Shown here: one piece after another, positions 7,033 to 21,689 of the stretch
How the letters are laid out: each line of letters starts with the position of its first letter
Numbering within the stretch: the stretch's first letter is position 1
Assembly (NCBI GenBank): GCA_964057225.1
Contig: OZ059894.1
Span: forward strand, 12,214,001 to 12,278,000
Length of the DNA: 64,000 nucleotides
DNA from: Auanema rhodensis
Lineage: Eukaryota > Animalia > Nematoda
Reading direction: 5' to 3'
Position numbers and translations under genes: made by a program
The notes under the pieces: generated by a model
What the model was told of the DNA's origin: nothing
What the model saw: only the letters and a program-made list of their open reading frames with translations
Database searches by the model: none

Positions 7033-8214
7033 ACAGTAAAAAGTCCAATCAAGAGAGAAATTTTTTCAACACATAGTTGTTTTTTTTTAAAATATCATTG
7101 TTTTTCCTCATAACTTGGTTTAAACTCGTTCTAACCCGTTGAAATACGTCTAGAAAGTCTTTATAACATGCATATGTATGATAGAACTTCATATTTATTG
7201 TAATAGAAAATTTTATTTTCAGACGTCTTGGTTAACAATGATATGTTTTACCCCCTTATAATTTTTATCATAATGTTCCTTATACGGAACGCTCAATGAA
7301 ACTTGCTTCCAGAAAAATTTCTTTCTATTTTTTCTTCATATGTACGTAGATACTATAGAGAACTATGATAGAAAACTTTAACATTCACGAAATCATCATT
7401 TCTCATTACGCTACGGAGGTTTAAAAAGCTGTGTTTTACCTTATAATAGACCGGAAAACCCTTGTGTTAAAACTGGACCGTTTTTACACATATAAAAATG
7501 TCCCGTATTCGGGACCCTAATGTAACTTTTGATTCCCTATATTTTTTTTCATGAAATTTACAATCTACTGTAGAAAGAAGAATTATTTTTATAAAAACTG
7601 TAAATTTTTGAAAAATGAAAACAAAACGAAAACAAAAACAACTTTTTTTTGAACATTTTCTCACACAAGGGTCCCCCCTTACCTACTTTTTTTCTCATTA
7701 CTCGTTTCAACCTCATCCGATCACTCTGCAAACATGTTTAATCGTTCTAACTTGTTGAAATACGTCTTAAAAGTCTAAACAACATGCATATGCATAATAG
7801 AAACCACCCGAATAGGCCCCCACGCACTAAACGAGATATATACATTACCAGTATAGTAATAGAACACATATTGAAGATTAATTCGATAAGAACAATTTAT
7901 TGACGTAGAGAATGTTTGTTCCGAAAAACTACAATATTAAACTATAAAAGTAACAAAAGCGTAGAGGCAGCAAAGACATGAATAAACATAAATGTAAATA
8001 CAGAATTACCAGGTAGTACATAAGTATGACAAAAAATTATAAGAAAGCCATGAAAATAGAAGGTTTGTGAACAAATGAGAGGTACATCTTTGATCGTATA
8101 GTCATTTCTAAACCGTTCGTATGCTGCAGCATCGTCATAAGCGTCACTCAAGTTGAATTTCCATGTGTACTACACGATTTTCATTCTTATTGTTACATTC
8201 TTTCCCTGAGGGAA

Positions 8215-8398
8215 TGGGCCGTTCCCGCCAGCAGTGCAAGAGCGGGTCGACCCGTGAGGTGGAGCTAGCAAGCCAGCATCTACCTCAAGTCTCAAAAATC
8301 GGTTAACCTTATTGTGAACCAATGGAACACATATCGAAGGTTAATTCGATAAGAACGATTACTACACTTTGATCTTAGCCAAAAGGCCGAGAAGCGAT
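8215..8398 (-). ncRNA. U2: U2 snRNA (intact, ~184 nt)
   Basis: 5' ATCGCTTCTCGGCCTTTTGGCTAAGATCAAAGTGTAGTA; stem IIa TATCGAA/TTCGATA; IIc TTAACCTT/AAGGTTAA; Sm site GATTTTTG; stem IV loop TTGCAC; ends GGCCCA. Confidence 0.97.
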
Positions 8399-8840
8399 AC
8401 AGCATAGCCATGAGTATCAAAGACATCAAGCAAATGTATCGTACTTGTTACGAGTGCACTCTCTCATTTGAATATAAAAGTGTGGTTTGACAATCTTGAC
8501 TGTACAGGTCATAAATGGCTCATATAAACTGTGGATTTACTCAACTTTTGGACTTATTTTTTTCTTATTCGAAGCGCTGCACTTTTTTCTATTCTTTTTA
8601 TTCAAATACTTGTATATAGTTTTATATGTACGGTTGCAAAGTTTCCGAATATTTTATATATTTTTATACAATAATTAGGAGAAGGTTAATACAATGAAAT
8701 CTCCCAACTTTACAGTGTTTGTATTGCTTACAGTATCTAGAACAACCACTCTTGTAATATTAGAGCACATATCAATCAACAACTTTTTCTAGTTATCAAA
8801 GCTTTTTTATTTCTTCAAGATATTTCAAATAAAATATAAA

Positions 8841-8959
8841 AGCTTACGACACCCGGGATTCCCAAGCCGTCTCCGATCCAAGTACTAACCGGGCCCAACG
8901 TTGCTTGACTTGCCAGATCGGACGGGATGGCGTACTTTCAACGTGGTATGGTCGTAAGC
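8841..8959 (-). rRNA. 5S: 5S rRNA
   Basis: Array copy. Confidence 0.97.
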
Positions 8960-9200
8960 AATGTTATATTCTTCATTATCAGTTATATCACTCTAAATCT
9001 TGTTGTTAATAGTTAGGACCACAAAGAAAACAACAGGAACAGTAACAAATGAAATGCCCAAACTTTACAGTGTTCGAGTTATTTACAGTATCTAAGACTA
9101 CCTCTGTCGTGTTATTAGAGCAAACATTCGATTAACAACAACTTTTTTTTAGTTATCAAAGCTTTTTTATTTCTTCAAAAAATTTCAAATAAAATATAAA

Positions 9201-9319
9201 AGCTTACGACACCCGGGATTCCCAAGCCGTCTCCGATCCAAGTACTAACCGGGCCCAACGTTGCTTGACTTGCCAGATCGGACGGGATGGCGTACTTTCA
9301 ACGTGGTATGGTCGTAAGC
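9201..9319 (-). rRNA. 5S: 5S rRNA
   Basis: Array copy. Confidence 0.97.
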
Positions 9320-9461
9320 AATGTCATATTCTTCATTATCAGTTATATCACTCTAAATCTTGTTGTTAATAGATACGACCACAAAGAAAACAACAGGAAC
9401 AGTAACAATAACAAAAAAAATTTTTTTTTCACCTATGTGTCTAAAGGTTAGCCATGTATCC

Positions 9462-9511
<50 letters not shown>

Positions 9512-10692
9512 ACAGTAAAAAGTCCAATCAAGAGAGAAATTTTTTCAACACATAGTTGTTTTTTTTTAAATATCATTGTTTTTCCTCATAACTCGGTTTA
9601 AACTCGTTCTAACCCGTTGAAATACGTCTAGAAAGTCTTTATAACATGCATATGTATGATAGAACTTCATATTTATTGTAATAGAAAATTTTATTTTCAG
9701 ACGTCTTGGTTAACAATGATATGTTTTACCCCCTTATAATTTTTATCATAATGTTCCTTATACGGAACGCTCAATGAAACTTGCTTCCAGAAAAATTTCT
9801 TTCTATTTTTTCTTCATATGTACGTAGATACTATAGAGAACTATGATAGAAAACTTTAACATTCACGAAATCATCATTTCTCATTACGCTACGGAGGTTT
9901 AAAAAGCTGTGTTTTACCTTATAATAGACCGGAAAACCCTTGTGTTAAAACTGGACCGTTTTTACACATATAAAAATGTCCCGTATTCGGGACCCTAATG
10001 TAACTTTTGATTCCCTATATTTTTTTTCATGAAATTTACAATCTACTGTAGAAAGAAGAATTATTTTTATAAAAACTGTAAATTTTTGAAAAATGAAAAC
10101 AAAACGAAAACAAAAACAACTTTTTTTTGAACATTTTCTCACACAAGGGTCCCCCCTTACCTACTTTTTTTCTCATTACTCGTTTCAACCTCATCCGATC
10201 ACTCTGCAAACATGTTTAATCGTTCTAACTTGTTGAAATACGTCTTAAAAGTCTAAACAACATGCATATGCATAATAGAAACCACCCGAATAGGCCCCCA
10301 CGCACTAAACGAGATATATACATTACCAGTATAGTAATAGAACACATATTGAAGATTAATTCGATAAGAACAATTTATTGACGTAGAGAATGTTTGTTCC
10401 GAAAAACTACAATATTAAACTATAAAAGTAACAAAAGCGTAGAGGCAGCAAAGACATGAATAAACATAAATGTAAATACAGAATTACCAGGTAGTACATA
10501 AGTATGACAAAAAATTATAAGAAAGCCATGAAAATAGAAGGTTTGTGAACAAATGAGAGGTACATCTTTGATCGTATAGTCATTTCTAAACCGTTCGTAT
10601 GCTGCAGCATCGTCATAAGCGTCACTCAAGTTGAATTTCCATGTGTACTACACGATTTTCATTCTTATTGTTACATTCTTTCCCTGAGGGAA

Positions 10693-10876
10693 TGGGCCGT
10701 TCCCGCCAGCAGTGCAAGAGCGGGTCGACCCGTGAGGTGGAGCTAGCAAGCCAGCATCTACCTCAAGTCTCAAAAATCGGTTAACCTTATTGTGAACCAA
10801 TGGAACACATATCGAAGGTTAATTCGATAAGAACGATTACTACACTTTGATCTTAGCCAAAAGGCCGAGAAGCGAT
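10693..10876 (-). ncRNA. U2: U2 snRNA
   Basis: Array copy of 8215-8398. Confidence 0.96.
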
Positions 10877-11318
10877 ACAGCATAGCCATGAGTATCAAAG
10901 ACATCAAGCAAATGTATCGTACTTGTTACGAGTGCACTCTCTCATTTGAATATAAAAGTGTGGTTTGACCATCTTGACTGTACAGGTCATAAATGGCTCA
11001 TATAAACTGTGGATTTACTCAACTTTTGGACTTATTTTTTTCTTATTCGAAGCGCTGCACTTTTTTCTATTCTTTTTATTCAAATACTTGTATATAGTTT
11101 TATATGTACGGTTGCAAAGTTTCCGAATATTTTATATATTTTTATACAATAATTAGGAGAAGGTTAATACAATGAAATCTCCCAACTTTACAGTGTTTGT
11201 ATTGCTTACAGTATCTAGAACAACCACTCTTGTAATATTAGAGCACATATCAATCAACAACTTTTTCTAGTTATCAAAGCTTTTTTATTTCTTCAAGATA
11301 TTTCAAATAAAATATAAA

Positions 11319-11437
11319 AGCTTACGACACCCGGGATTCCCAAGCCGTCTCCGATCCAAGTACTAACCGGGCCCAACGTTGCTTGACTTGCCAGATCGGA
11401 CGGGATGGCGTACTTTCAACGTGGTATGGTCGTAAGC
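11319..11437 (-). rRNA. 5S: 5S rRNA
   Basis: Array copy. Confidence 0.97.
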
Positions 11438-11678
11438 AATGTTATATTCTTCATTATCAGTTATATCACTCTAAATCTTGTTGTTAATAGTTAGGACCAC
11501 AAAGAAAACAACAGGAACAGTAACAAATGAAATGCCCAAACTTTACAGTGTTCGAGTTATTTACAGTATCTAAGACTACCTCTGTCGTGTTATTAGAGCA
11601 AACATTCGATTAACAACAACTTTTTTTTAGTTATCAAAGCTTTTTTATTTCTTCAAAAAATTTCAAATAAAATATAAA

Positions 11679-11797
11679 AGCTTACGACACCCGGGATTCC
11701 CAAGCCGTCTCCGATCCAAGTACTAACCGGGCCCAACGTTGCTTGACTTGCCAGATCGGACGGGATGGCGTACTTTCAACGTGGTATGGTCGTAAGC
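11679..11797 (-). rRNA. 5S: 5S rRNA
   Basis: Array copy. Confidence 0.97.
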
Positions 11798-11939
11798 AAT
11801 GTCATATTCTTCATTATCAGTTATATCACTCTAAATCTTGTTGTTAATAGATACGACCACAAAGAAAACAACAGGAACAGTAACAATAACAAAAAAAATT
11901 TTTTTTTCACCTATGTGTCTAAAGGTTAGCCATGTATCC

Positions 11940-11993
<54 letters not shown>

Positions 11994-13175
11994 ACAGTAA
12001 AAAGTCCAATCAAGAGAGAAATTTTTTCAACACATAGTTGTTTTTTTTTTAAATATCATTGTTTTTCCTCATAACTCGGTTTAAACTCGTTCTAACCCGT
12101 TGAAATACGTCTAGAAAGTCTTTATAACATGCATATGTATGATAGAACTTCATATTTATTGTAATAGAAAATTTTATTTTCAGACGTCTTGGTTAACAAT
12201 GATATGTTTTACCCCCTTATAATTTTTATCATAATGTTCCTTATACGGAACGCTCAATGAAACTTGCTTCCAGAAAAATTTCTTTCTATTTTTTCTTCAT
12301 ATGTACGTAGATACTATAGAGAACTATGATAGAAAACTTTAACATTCACGAAATCATCATTTCTCATTACGCTACGGAGGTTTAAAAAGCTGTGTTTTAC
12401 CTTATAATAGACCGGAAAACCCTTGTGTTAAAACTGGACCGTTTTTACACATATAAAAATGTCCCGTATTCGGGACCCTAATGTAACTTTTGATTCCCTA
12501 TATTTTTTTTCATGAAATTTACAATCTACTGTAGAAAGAAGAATTATTTTTATAAAAACTGTAAATTTTTGAAAAATGAAAACAAAACGAAAACAAAAAC
12601 AACTTTTTTTTGAACATTTTCTCACACAAGGGTCCCCCCTTACCTACTTTTTTTCTCATTACTCGTTTCAACCTCATCCGATCACTCTGCAAACATGTTT
12701 AATCGTTCTAACTTGTTGAAATACGTCTTAAAAGTCTAAACAACATGCATATGCATAATAGAAACCACCCGAATAGGCCCCCACGCACTAAACGAGATAT
12801 ATACATTACCAGTATAGTAATAGAACACATATTGAAGATTAATTCGATAAGAACAATTTATTGACGTAGAGAATGTTTGTTCCGAAAAACTACAATATTA
12901 AACTATAAAAGTAACAAAAGCGTAGAGGCAGCAAAGACATGAATAAACATAAATGTAAATACAGAATTACCAGGTAGTACATAAGTATGACAAAAAATTA
13001 TAAGAAAGCCATGAAAATAGAAGGTTTGTGAACAAATGAGAGGTACATCTTTGATCGTATAGTCATTTCTAAACCGTTCGTATGCTGCAGCATCGTCATA
13101 AGCGTCACTCAAGTTGAATTTCCATGTGTACTACACGATTTTCATTCTTATTGTTACATTCTTTCCCTGAGGGAA

Positions 13176-13359
13176 TGGGCCGTTCCCGCCAGCAGTGCAA
13201 GAGCGGGTCGACCCGTGAGGTGGAGCTAGCAAGCCAGCATCTACCTCAAGTCTCAAAAATCGGTTAACCTTATTGTGAACCAATGGAACACATATCGAAG
13301 GTTAATTCGATAAGAACGATTACTACACTTTGATCTTAGCCAAAAGGCCGAGAAGCGAT
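13176..13359 (-). ncRNA. U2: U2 snRNA
   Basis: Array copy. Confidence 0.96.
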
Positions 13360-13801
13360 ACAGCATAGCCATGAGTATCAAAGACATCAAGCAAATGTAT
13401 CGTACTTGTTACGAGTGCACTCTCTCATTTGAATATAAAAGTGTGGTTTGACAATCTTGACTGTACAGGTCATAAATGGCTCATATAAACTGTGGATTTA
13501 CTCAACTTTTGGACTTATTTTTTTCTTATTCGAAGCGCTGCACTTTTTTCTATTCTTTTTATTCAAATACTTGTATATAGTTTTATATGTACGGTTGCAA
13601 AGTTTCCGAATATTTTATATATTTTTATACAATAATTAGGAGAAGGTTAATACAATGAAATCTCCCAACTTTACAGTGTTTGTATTGCTTACAGTATCTA
13701 GAACAACCACTCTTGTAATATTAGAGCACATATCAATCAACAACTTTTTCTAGTTATCAAAGCTTTTTTATTTCTTCAAGATATTTCAAATAAAATATAA
13801 A

Positions 13802-13920
13802 AGCTTACGACACCCGGGATTCCCAAGCCGTCTCCGATCCAAGTACTAACCGGGCCCAACGTTGCTTGACTTGCCAGATCGGACGGGATGGCGTACTTTC
13901 AACGTGGTATGGTCGTAAGC
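13802..13920 (-). rRNA. 5S: 5S rRNA
   Basis: Array copy. Confidence 0.97.
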
Positions 13921-14161
13921 AATGTTATATTCTTCATTATCAGTTATATCACTCTAAATCTTGTTGTTAATAGTTAGGACCACAAAGAAAACAACAGGAA
14001 CAGTAACAAATGAAATGCCCAAACTTTACAGTGTTCGAGTTATTTACAGTATCTAAGACTACCTCTGTCGTGTTATTAGAGCAAACATTCGATTAACAAC
14101 AACTTTTTTTTAGTTATCAAAGCTTTTTTATTTCTTCAAAAAATTTCAAATAAAATATAAA

Positions 14162-14280
14162 AGCTTACGACACCCGGGATTCCCAAGCCGTCTCCGATCC
14201 AAGTACTAACCGGGCCCAACGTTGCTTGACTTGCCAGATCGGACGGGATGGCGTACTTTCAACGTGGTATGGTCGTAAGC
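14162..14280 (-). rRNA. 5S: 5S rRNA
   Basis: Array copy. Confidence 0.97.
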
Positions 14281-15636
14281 AATGTCATATTCTTCATTAT
14301 CAGTTATATCACTCTAAATCTTGTTGTTAATAGATACGACCACAAAGAAAACAACAGGAACAGTAACAATAACAAAAAAAATTTTTTTTTCACCTATGTG
14401 TCTAAAGGTTAGCCATGTATCCGTTTATATATATATATATATATATATATATCAACAGTAAAAAGTCCAATCAAGAGAGAAATTTTTTCAACACATAGTT
14501 GTTTTTTTTTTAAATATCATTGTTTTTCCTCATAACTCGGTTTAAACTCGTTCTAACCCGTTGAAATACGTCTAGAAAGTCTTTATAACATGCATATGTA
14601 TGATAGAACTTCATATTTATTGTAATAGAAAATTTTATTTTCAGACGTCTTGGTTAACAATGATATGTTTTACCCCCTTATAATTTTTATCATAATGTTC
14701 CTTATACGGAACGCTCAATGAAACTTGCTTCCAGAAAAATTTCTTTCTATTTTTTCTTCATATGTACGTAGATACTATAGAGAACTATGATAGAAAACTT
14801 TAACATTCACGAAATCATCATTTCTCATTACGCTACGGAGGTTTAAAAAGCTGTGTTTTACCTTATAATAGACCGGAAAACCCTTGTGTTAAAACTGGAC
14901 CGTTTTTACACATATAAAAATGTCCCGTATTCGGGACCCTAATGTAACTTTTGATTCCCTATATTTTTTTTCATGAAATTTACAATCTACTGTAGAAAGA
15001 AGAATTATTTTTATAAAAACTGTAAATTTTTGAAAAATGAAAACAAAACGAAAACAAAAACAACTTTTTTTTGAACATTTTCTCACACAAGGGTCCCCCC
15101 TTACCTACTTTTTTTCTCATTACTCGTTTCAACCTCATCCGATCACTCTGCAAACATGTTTAATCGTTCTAACTTGTTGAAATACGTCTTAAAAGTCTAA
15201 ACAACATGCATATGCATAATAGAAACCACCCGAATAGGCCCCCACGCACTAAACGAGATATATACATTACCAGTATAGTAATAGAACACATATTGAAGAT
15301 TAATTCGATAAGAACAATTTATTGACGTAGAGAATGTTTGTTCCGAAAAACTACAATATTAAACTATAAAAGTAACAAAAGCGTAGAGGCAGCAAAGACA
15401 TGAATAAACATAAATGTAAATACAGAATTACCAGGTAGTACATAAGTATGACAAAAAATTATAAGAAAGCCATGAAAATAGAAGGTTTGTGAACAAATGA
15501 GAGGTACATCTTTGATCGTATAGTCATTTCTAAACCGTTCGTATGCTGCAGCATCGTCATAAGCGTCACTCAAGTTGAATTTCCATGTGTACTACACGAT
15601 TTTCATTCTTATTGTTACATTCTTTCCCTGAGGGAA

Positions 15637-15820
15637 TGGGCCGTTCCCGCCAGCAGTGCAAGAGCGGGTCGACCCGTGAGGTGGAGCTAGCAAGCCAGCA
15701 TCTACCTCAAGTCTCAAAAATCGGTTAACCTTATTGTGAACCAATGGAACACATATCGAAGGTTAATTCGATAAGAACGATTACTACACTTTGATCTTAG
15801 CCAAAAGGCCGAGAAGCGAT
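15637..15820 (-). ncRNA. U2: U2 snRNA
   Basis: Array copy. Confidence 0.96.
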
Positions 15821-16262
15821 ACAGCATAGCCATGAGTATCAAAGACATCAAGCAAATGTATCGTACTTGTTACGAGTGCACTCTCTCATTTGAATATAAA
15901 AGTGTGGTTTGACAATCTTGACTGTACAGGTCATAAATGGCTCATATAAACTGTGGATTTACTCAACTTTTGGACTTATTTTTTTCTTATTCGAAGCGCT
16001 GCACTTTTTTCTATTCTTTTTATTCAAATACTTGTATATAGTTTTATATGTACGGTTGCAAAGTTTCCGAATATTTTATATATTTTTATACAATAATTAG
16101 GAGAAGGTTAATACAATGAAATCTCCCAACTTTACAGTGTTTGTATTGCTTACAGTATCTAGAACAACCACTCTTGTAATATTAGAGCACATATCAATCA
16201 ACAACTTTTTCTAGTTATCAAAGCTTTTTTATTTCTTCAAGATATTTCAAATAAAATATAAA

Positions 16263-16381
16263 AGCTTACGACACCCGGGATTCCCAAGCCGTCTCCGATC
16301 CAAGTACTAACCGGGCCCAACGTTGCTTGACTTGCCAGATCGGACGGGATGGCGTACTTTCAACGTGGTATGGTCGTAAGC
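16263..16381 (-). rRNA. 5S: 5S rRNA
   Basis: Array copy. Confidence 0.97.
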
Positions 16382-16622
16382 AATGTTATATTCTTCATTA
16401 TCAGTTATATCACTCTAAATCTTGTTGTTAATAGTTAGGACCACAAAGAAAACAACAGGAACAGTAACAAATGAAATGCCCAAACTTTACAGTGTTCGAG
16501 TTATTTACAGTATCTAAGACTACCTCTGTCGTGTTATTAGAGCAAACATTCGATTAACAACAACTTTTTTTTAGTTATCAAAGCTTTTTTATTTCTTCAA
16601 AAAATTTCAAATAAAATATAAA

Positions 16623-16741
16623 AGCTTACGACACCCGGGATTCCCAAGCCGTCTCCGATCCAAGTACTAACCGGGCCCAACGTTGCTTGACTTGCCAGAT
16701 CGGACGGGATGGCGTACTTTCAACGTGGTATGGTCGTAAGC
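16623..16741 (-). rRNA. 5S: 5S rRNA
   Basis: Array copy. Confidence 0.97.
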
Positions 16742-16883
16742 AATGTCATATTCTTCATTATCAGTTATATCACTCTAAATCTTGTTGTTAATAGATACGA
16801 CCACAAAGAAAACAACAGGAACAGTAACAATAACAAAAAAAATTTTTTTTTCACCTATGTGTCTAAAGGTTAGCCATGTATCC

Positions 16884-16933
<50 letters not shown>

Positions 16934-18115
16934 ACAGTAAAAAGTCCAATCAAGAGAGAAATTTTCTCAACACATAGTTGTTTTTTTTTTAAATATCATT
17001 GTTTTTCCTCATAACTCGGTTTAAACTCGTTCTAACCCGTTGAAATACGTCTAGAAAGTCTTTATAACATGCATATGTATGATAGAACTTCATATTTATT
17101 GTAATAGAAAATTTTATTTTCAGACGTCTTGGTTAACAATGATATGTTTTACCCCCTTATAATTTTTATCATAATGTTCCTTATACGGAACGCTCAATGA
17201 AACTTGCTTCCAGAAAAATTTCTTTCTATTTTTTCTTCATATGTACGTAGATACTATAGAGAACTATGATAGAAAACTTTAACATTCACGAAATCATCAT
17301 TTCTCATTACGCTACGGAGGTTTAAAAAGCTGTGTTTTACCTTATAATAGACCGGAAAACCCTTGTGTTAAAACTGGACCGTTTTTACACATATAAAAAT
17401 GTCCCGTATTCGGGACCCTAATGTAACTTTTGATTCCCTATATTTTTTTTCATGAAATTTACAATCTACTGTAGAAAGAAGAATTATTTTTATAAAAACT
17501 GTAAATTTTTGAAAAATGAAAACAAAACGAAAACAAAAACAACTTTTTTTTGAACATTTTCTCACACAAGGGTCCCCCCTTACCTACTTTTTTTCTCATT
17601 ACTCGTTTCAACCTCATCCGATCACTCTGCAAACATGTTTAATCGTTCTAACTTGTTGAAATACGTCTTAAAAGTCTAAACAACATGCATATGCATAATA
17701 GAAACCACCCGAATAGGCCCCCACGCACTAAACGAGATATATACATTACCAGTATAGTAATAGAACACATATTGAAGATTAATTCGATAAGAACAATTTA
17801 TTGACGTAGAGAATGTTTGTTCCGAAAAACTACAATATTAAACTATAAAAGTAACAAAAGCGTAGAGGCAGCAAAGACATGAATAAACATAAATGTAAAT
17901 ACAGAATTACCAGGTAGTACATAAGTATGACAAAAAATTATAAGAAAGCCATGAAAATAGAAGGTTTGTGAACAAATGAGAGGTACATCTTTGATCGTAT
18001 AGTCATTTCTAAACCGTTCGTATGCTGCAGCATCGTCATAAGCGTCACTCAAGTTGAATTTCCATGTGTACTACACGATTTTCATTCTTATTGTTACATT
18101 CTTTCCCTGAGGGAA

Positions 18116-18299
18116 TGGGCCGTTCCCGCCAGCAGTGCAAGAGCGGGTCGACCCGTGAGGTGGAGCTAGCAAGCCAGCATCTACCTCAAGTCTCAAAAAT
18201 CGGTTAACCTTATTGTGAACCAATGGAACACATATCGAAGGTTAATTCGATAAGAACGATTACTACACTTTGATCTTAGCCAAAAGGCCGAGAAGCGAT
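18116..18299 (-). ncRNA. U2: U2 snRNA
   Basis: Array copy. Confidence 0.96.
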
Positions 18300-18741
18300 A
18301 CAGCATAGCCATGAGTATCAAAGACATCAAGCAAATGTATCGTACTTGTTACGAGTGCACTCTCTCATTTGAATATAAAAGTGTGGTTTGACAATCTTGA
18401 CTGTACAGGTCATAAATGGCTCATATAAACTGTGGATTTACTCAACTTTTGGACTTATTTTTTTCTTATTCGAAGCGCTGCACTTTTTTCTATTCTTTTT
18501 ATTCAAATACTTGTATATAGTTTTATATGTACGGTTGCAAAGTTTCCGAATATTTTATATATTTTTATACAATAATTAGGAGAAGGTTAATACAATGAAA
18601 TCTCCCAACTTTACAGTGTTTGTATTGCTTACAGTATCTAGAACAACCACTCTTGTAATATTAGAGCACATATCAATCAACAACTTTTTCTAGTTATCAA
18701 AGCTTTTTTATTTCTTCAAGATATTTCAAATAAAATATAAA

Positions 18742-18860
18742 AGCTTACGACACCCGGGATTCCCAAGCCGTCTCCGATCCAAGTACTAACCGGGCCCAAC
18801 GTTGCTTGACTTGCCAGATCGGACGGGATGGCGTACTTTCAACGTGGTATGGTCGTAAGC
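18742..18860 (-). rRNA. 5S: 5S rRNA
   Basis: Array copy. Confidence 0.97.
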
Positions 18861-19101
18861 AATGTTATATTCTTCATTATCAGTTATATCACTCTAAATC
18901 TTGTTGTTAATAGTTAGGACCACAAAGAAAACAACAGGAACAGTAACAAATGAAATGCCCAAACTTTACAGTGTTCGAGTTATTTACAGTATCTAAGACT
19001 ACCTCTGTCGTGTTATTAGAGCAAACATTCGATTAACAACAACTTTTTTTTAGTTATCAAAGCTTTTTTATTTCTTCAAAAAATTTCAAATAAAATATAA
19101 A

Positions 19102-19220
19102 AGCTTACGACACCCGGGATTCCCAAGCCGTCTCCGATCCAAGTACTAACCGGGCCCAACGTTGCTTGACTTGCCAGATCGGACGGGATGGCGTACTTTC
19201 AACGTGGTATGGTCGTAAGC
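19102..19220 (-). rRNA. 5S: 5S rRNA
   Basis: Array copy. Confidence 0.97.
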
Positions 19221-19362
19221 AATGTCATATTCTTCATTATCAGTTATATCACTCTAAATCTTGTTGTTAATAGATACGACCACAAAGAAAACAACAGGAA
19301 CAGTAACAATAACAAAAAAAATTTTTTTTTCACCTATGTGTCTAAAGGTTAGCCATGTATCC

Positions 19363-19402
<40 letters not shown>

Positions 19403-20584
19403 ACAGTAAAAAGTCCAATCAAGAGAGAAATTTTTTCAACACATAGTTGTTTTTTTTTTAAATATCATTGTTTTTCCTCATAACTCGGTTTAAACTCGTT
19501 CTAACCCGTTGAAATACGTCTAGAAAGTCTTTATAACATGCATATGTATGATAGAACTTCATATTTATTGTAATAGAAAATTTTATTTTCAGACGTCTTG
19601 GTTAACAATGATATGTTTTACCCCCTTATAATTTTTATCATAATGTTCCTTATACGGAACGCTCAATGAAACTTGCTTCCAGAAAAATTTCTTTCTATTT
19701 TTTCTTCATATGTACGTAGATACTATAGAGAACTATGATAGAAAACTTTAACATTCACGAAATCATCATTTCTCATTACGCTACGGAGGTTTAAAAAGCT
19801 GTGTTTTACCTTATAATAGACCGGAAAACCCTTGTGTTAAAACTGGACCGTTTTTACACATATAAAAATGTCCCGTATTCGGGACCCTAATGTAACTTTT
19901 GATTCCCTATATTTTTTTTCATGAAATTTACAATCTACTGTAGAAAGAAGAATTATTTTTATAAAAACTGTAAATTTTTGAAAAATGAAAACAAAACGAA
20001 AACAAAAACAACTTTTTTTTGAACATTTTCTCACACAAGGGTCCCCCCTTACCTACTTTTTTTCTCATTACTCGTTTCAACCTCATCCGATCACTCTGCA
20101 AACATGTTTAATCGTTCTAACTTGTTGAAATACGTCTTAAAAGTCTAAACAACATGCATATGCATAATAGAAACCACCCGAATAGGCCCCCACGCACTAA
20201 ACGAGATATATACATTACCAGTATAGTAATAGAACACATATTGAAGATTAATTCGATAAGAACAATTTATTGACGTAGAGAATGTTTGTTCCGAAAAACT
20301 ACAATATTAAACTATAAAAGTAACAAAAGCGTAGAGGCAGCAAAGACATGAATAAACATAAATGTAAATACAGAATTACCAGGTAGTACATAAGTATGAC
20401 AAAAAATTATAAGAAAGCCATGAAAATAGAAGGTTTGTGAACAAATGAGAGGTACATCTTTGATCGTATAGTCATTTCTAAACCGTTCGTATGCTGCAGC
20501 ATCGTCATAAGCGTCACTCAAGTTGAATTTCCATGTGTACTACACGATTTTCATTCTTATTGTTACATTCTTTCCCTGAGGGAA

Positions 20585-20768
20585 TGGGCCGTTCCCGCCA
20601 GCAGTGCAAGAGCGGGTCGACCCGTGAGGTGGAGCTAGCAAGCCAGCATCTACCTCAAGTCTCAAAAATCGGTTAACCTTATTGTGAACCAATGGAACAC
20701 ATATCGAAGGTTAATTCGATAAGAACGATTACTACACTTTGATCTTAGCCAAAAGGCCGAGAAGCGAT
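20585..20768 (-). ncRNA. U2: U2 snRNA
   Basis: Array copy. Confidence 0.96.
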
Positions 20769-21210
20769 ACAGCATAGCCATGAGTATCAAAGACATCAAG
20801 CAAATGTATCGTACTTGTTACGAGTGCACTCTCTCATTTGAATATAAAAGTGTGGTTTGACAATCTTGACTGTACAGGTCATAAATGGCTCATATAAACT
20901 GTGGATTTACTCAACTTTTGGACTTATTTTTTTCTTATTCGAAGCGCTGCACTTTTTTCTATTCTTTTTATTCAAATACTTGTATATAGTTTTATATGTA
21001 CGGTTGCAAAGTTTCCGAATATTTTATATATTTTTATGCAATAATTAGGAGAAGGTTAATACAATGAAATCTCCCAACTTTACAGTGTTTGTATTGCTTA
21101 CAGTATCTAGAACAACCACTCTTGTAATATTAGAGCACATATCAATCAACAACTTTTTCTAGTTATCAAAGCTTTTTTATTTCTTCAAGATATTTCAAAT
21201 AAAATATAAA

Positions 21211-21329
21211 AGCTTACGACACCCGGGATTCCCAAGCCGTCTCCGATCCAAGTACTAACCGGGCCCAACGTTGCTTGACTTGCCAGATCGGACGGGATGG
21301 CGTACTTTCAACGTGGTATGGTCGTAAGC
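21211..21329 (-). rRNA. 5S: 5S rRNA
   Basis: Array copy. Confidence 0.97.
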
Positions 21330-21570
21330 AATGTTATATTCTTCATTATCAGTTATATCACTCTAAATCTTGTTGTTAATAGTTAGGACCACAAAGAAAA
21401 CAACAGGAACAGTAACAAATGAAATGCCCAAACTTTACAGTGTTCGAGTTATTTACAGTATCTAAGACTACCTCTGTCGTGTTATTAGAGCAAACATTCG
21501 ATTAACAACAACTTTTTTTTAGTTATCAAAGCTTTTTTATTTCTTCAAAAAATTTCAAATAAAATATAAA

Positions 21571-21689
21571 AGCTTACGACACCCGGGATTCCCAAGCCGT
21601 CTCCGATCCAAGTACTAACCGGGCCCAACGTTGCTTGACTTGCCAGATCGGACGGGATGGCGTACTTTCAACGTGGTATGGTCGTAAGC
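21571..21689 (-). rRNA. 5S: 5S rRNA
   Basis: Array copy. Confidence 0.97.
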
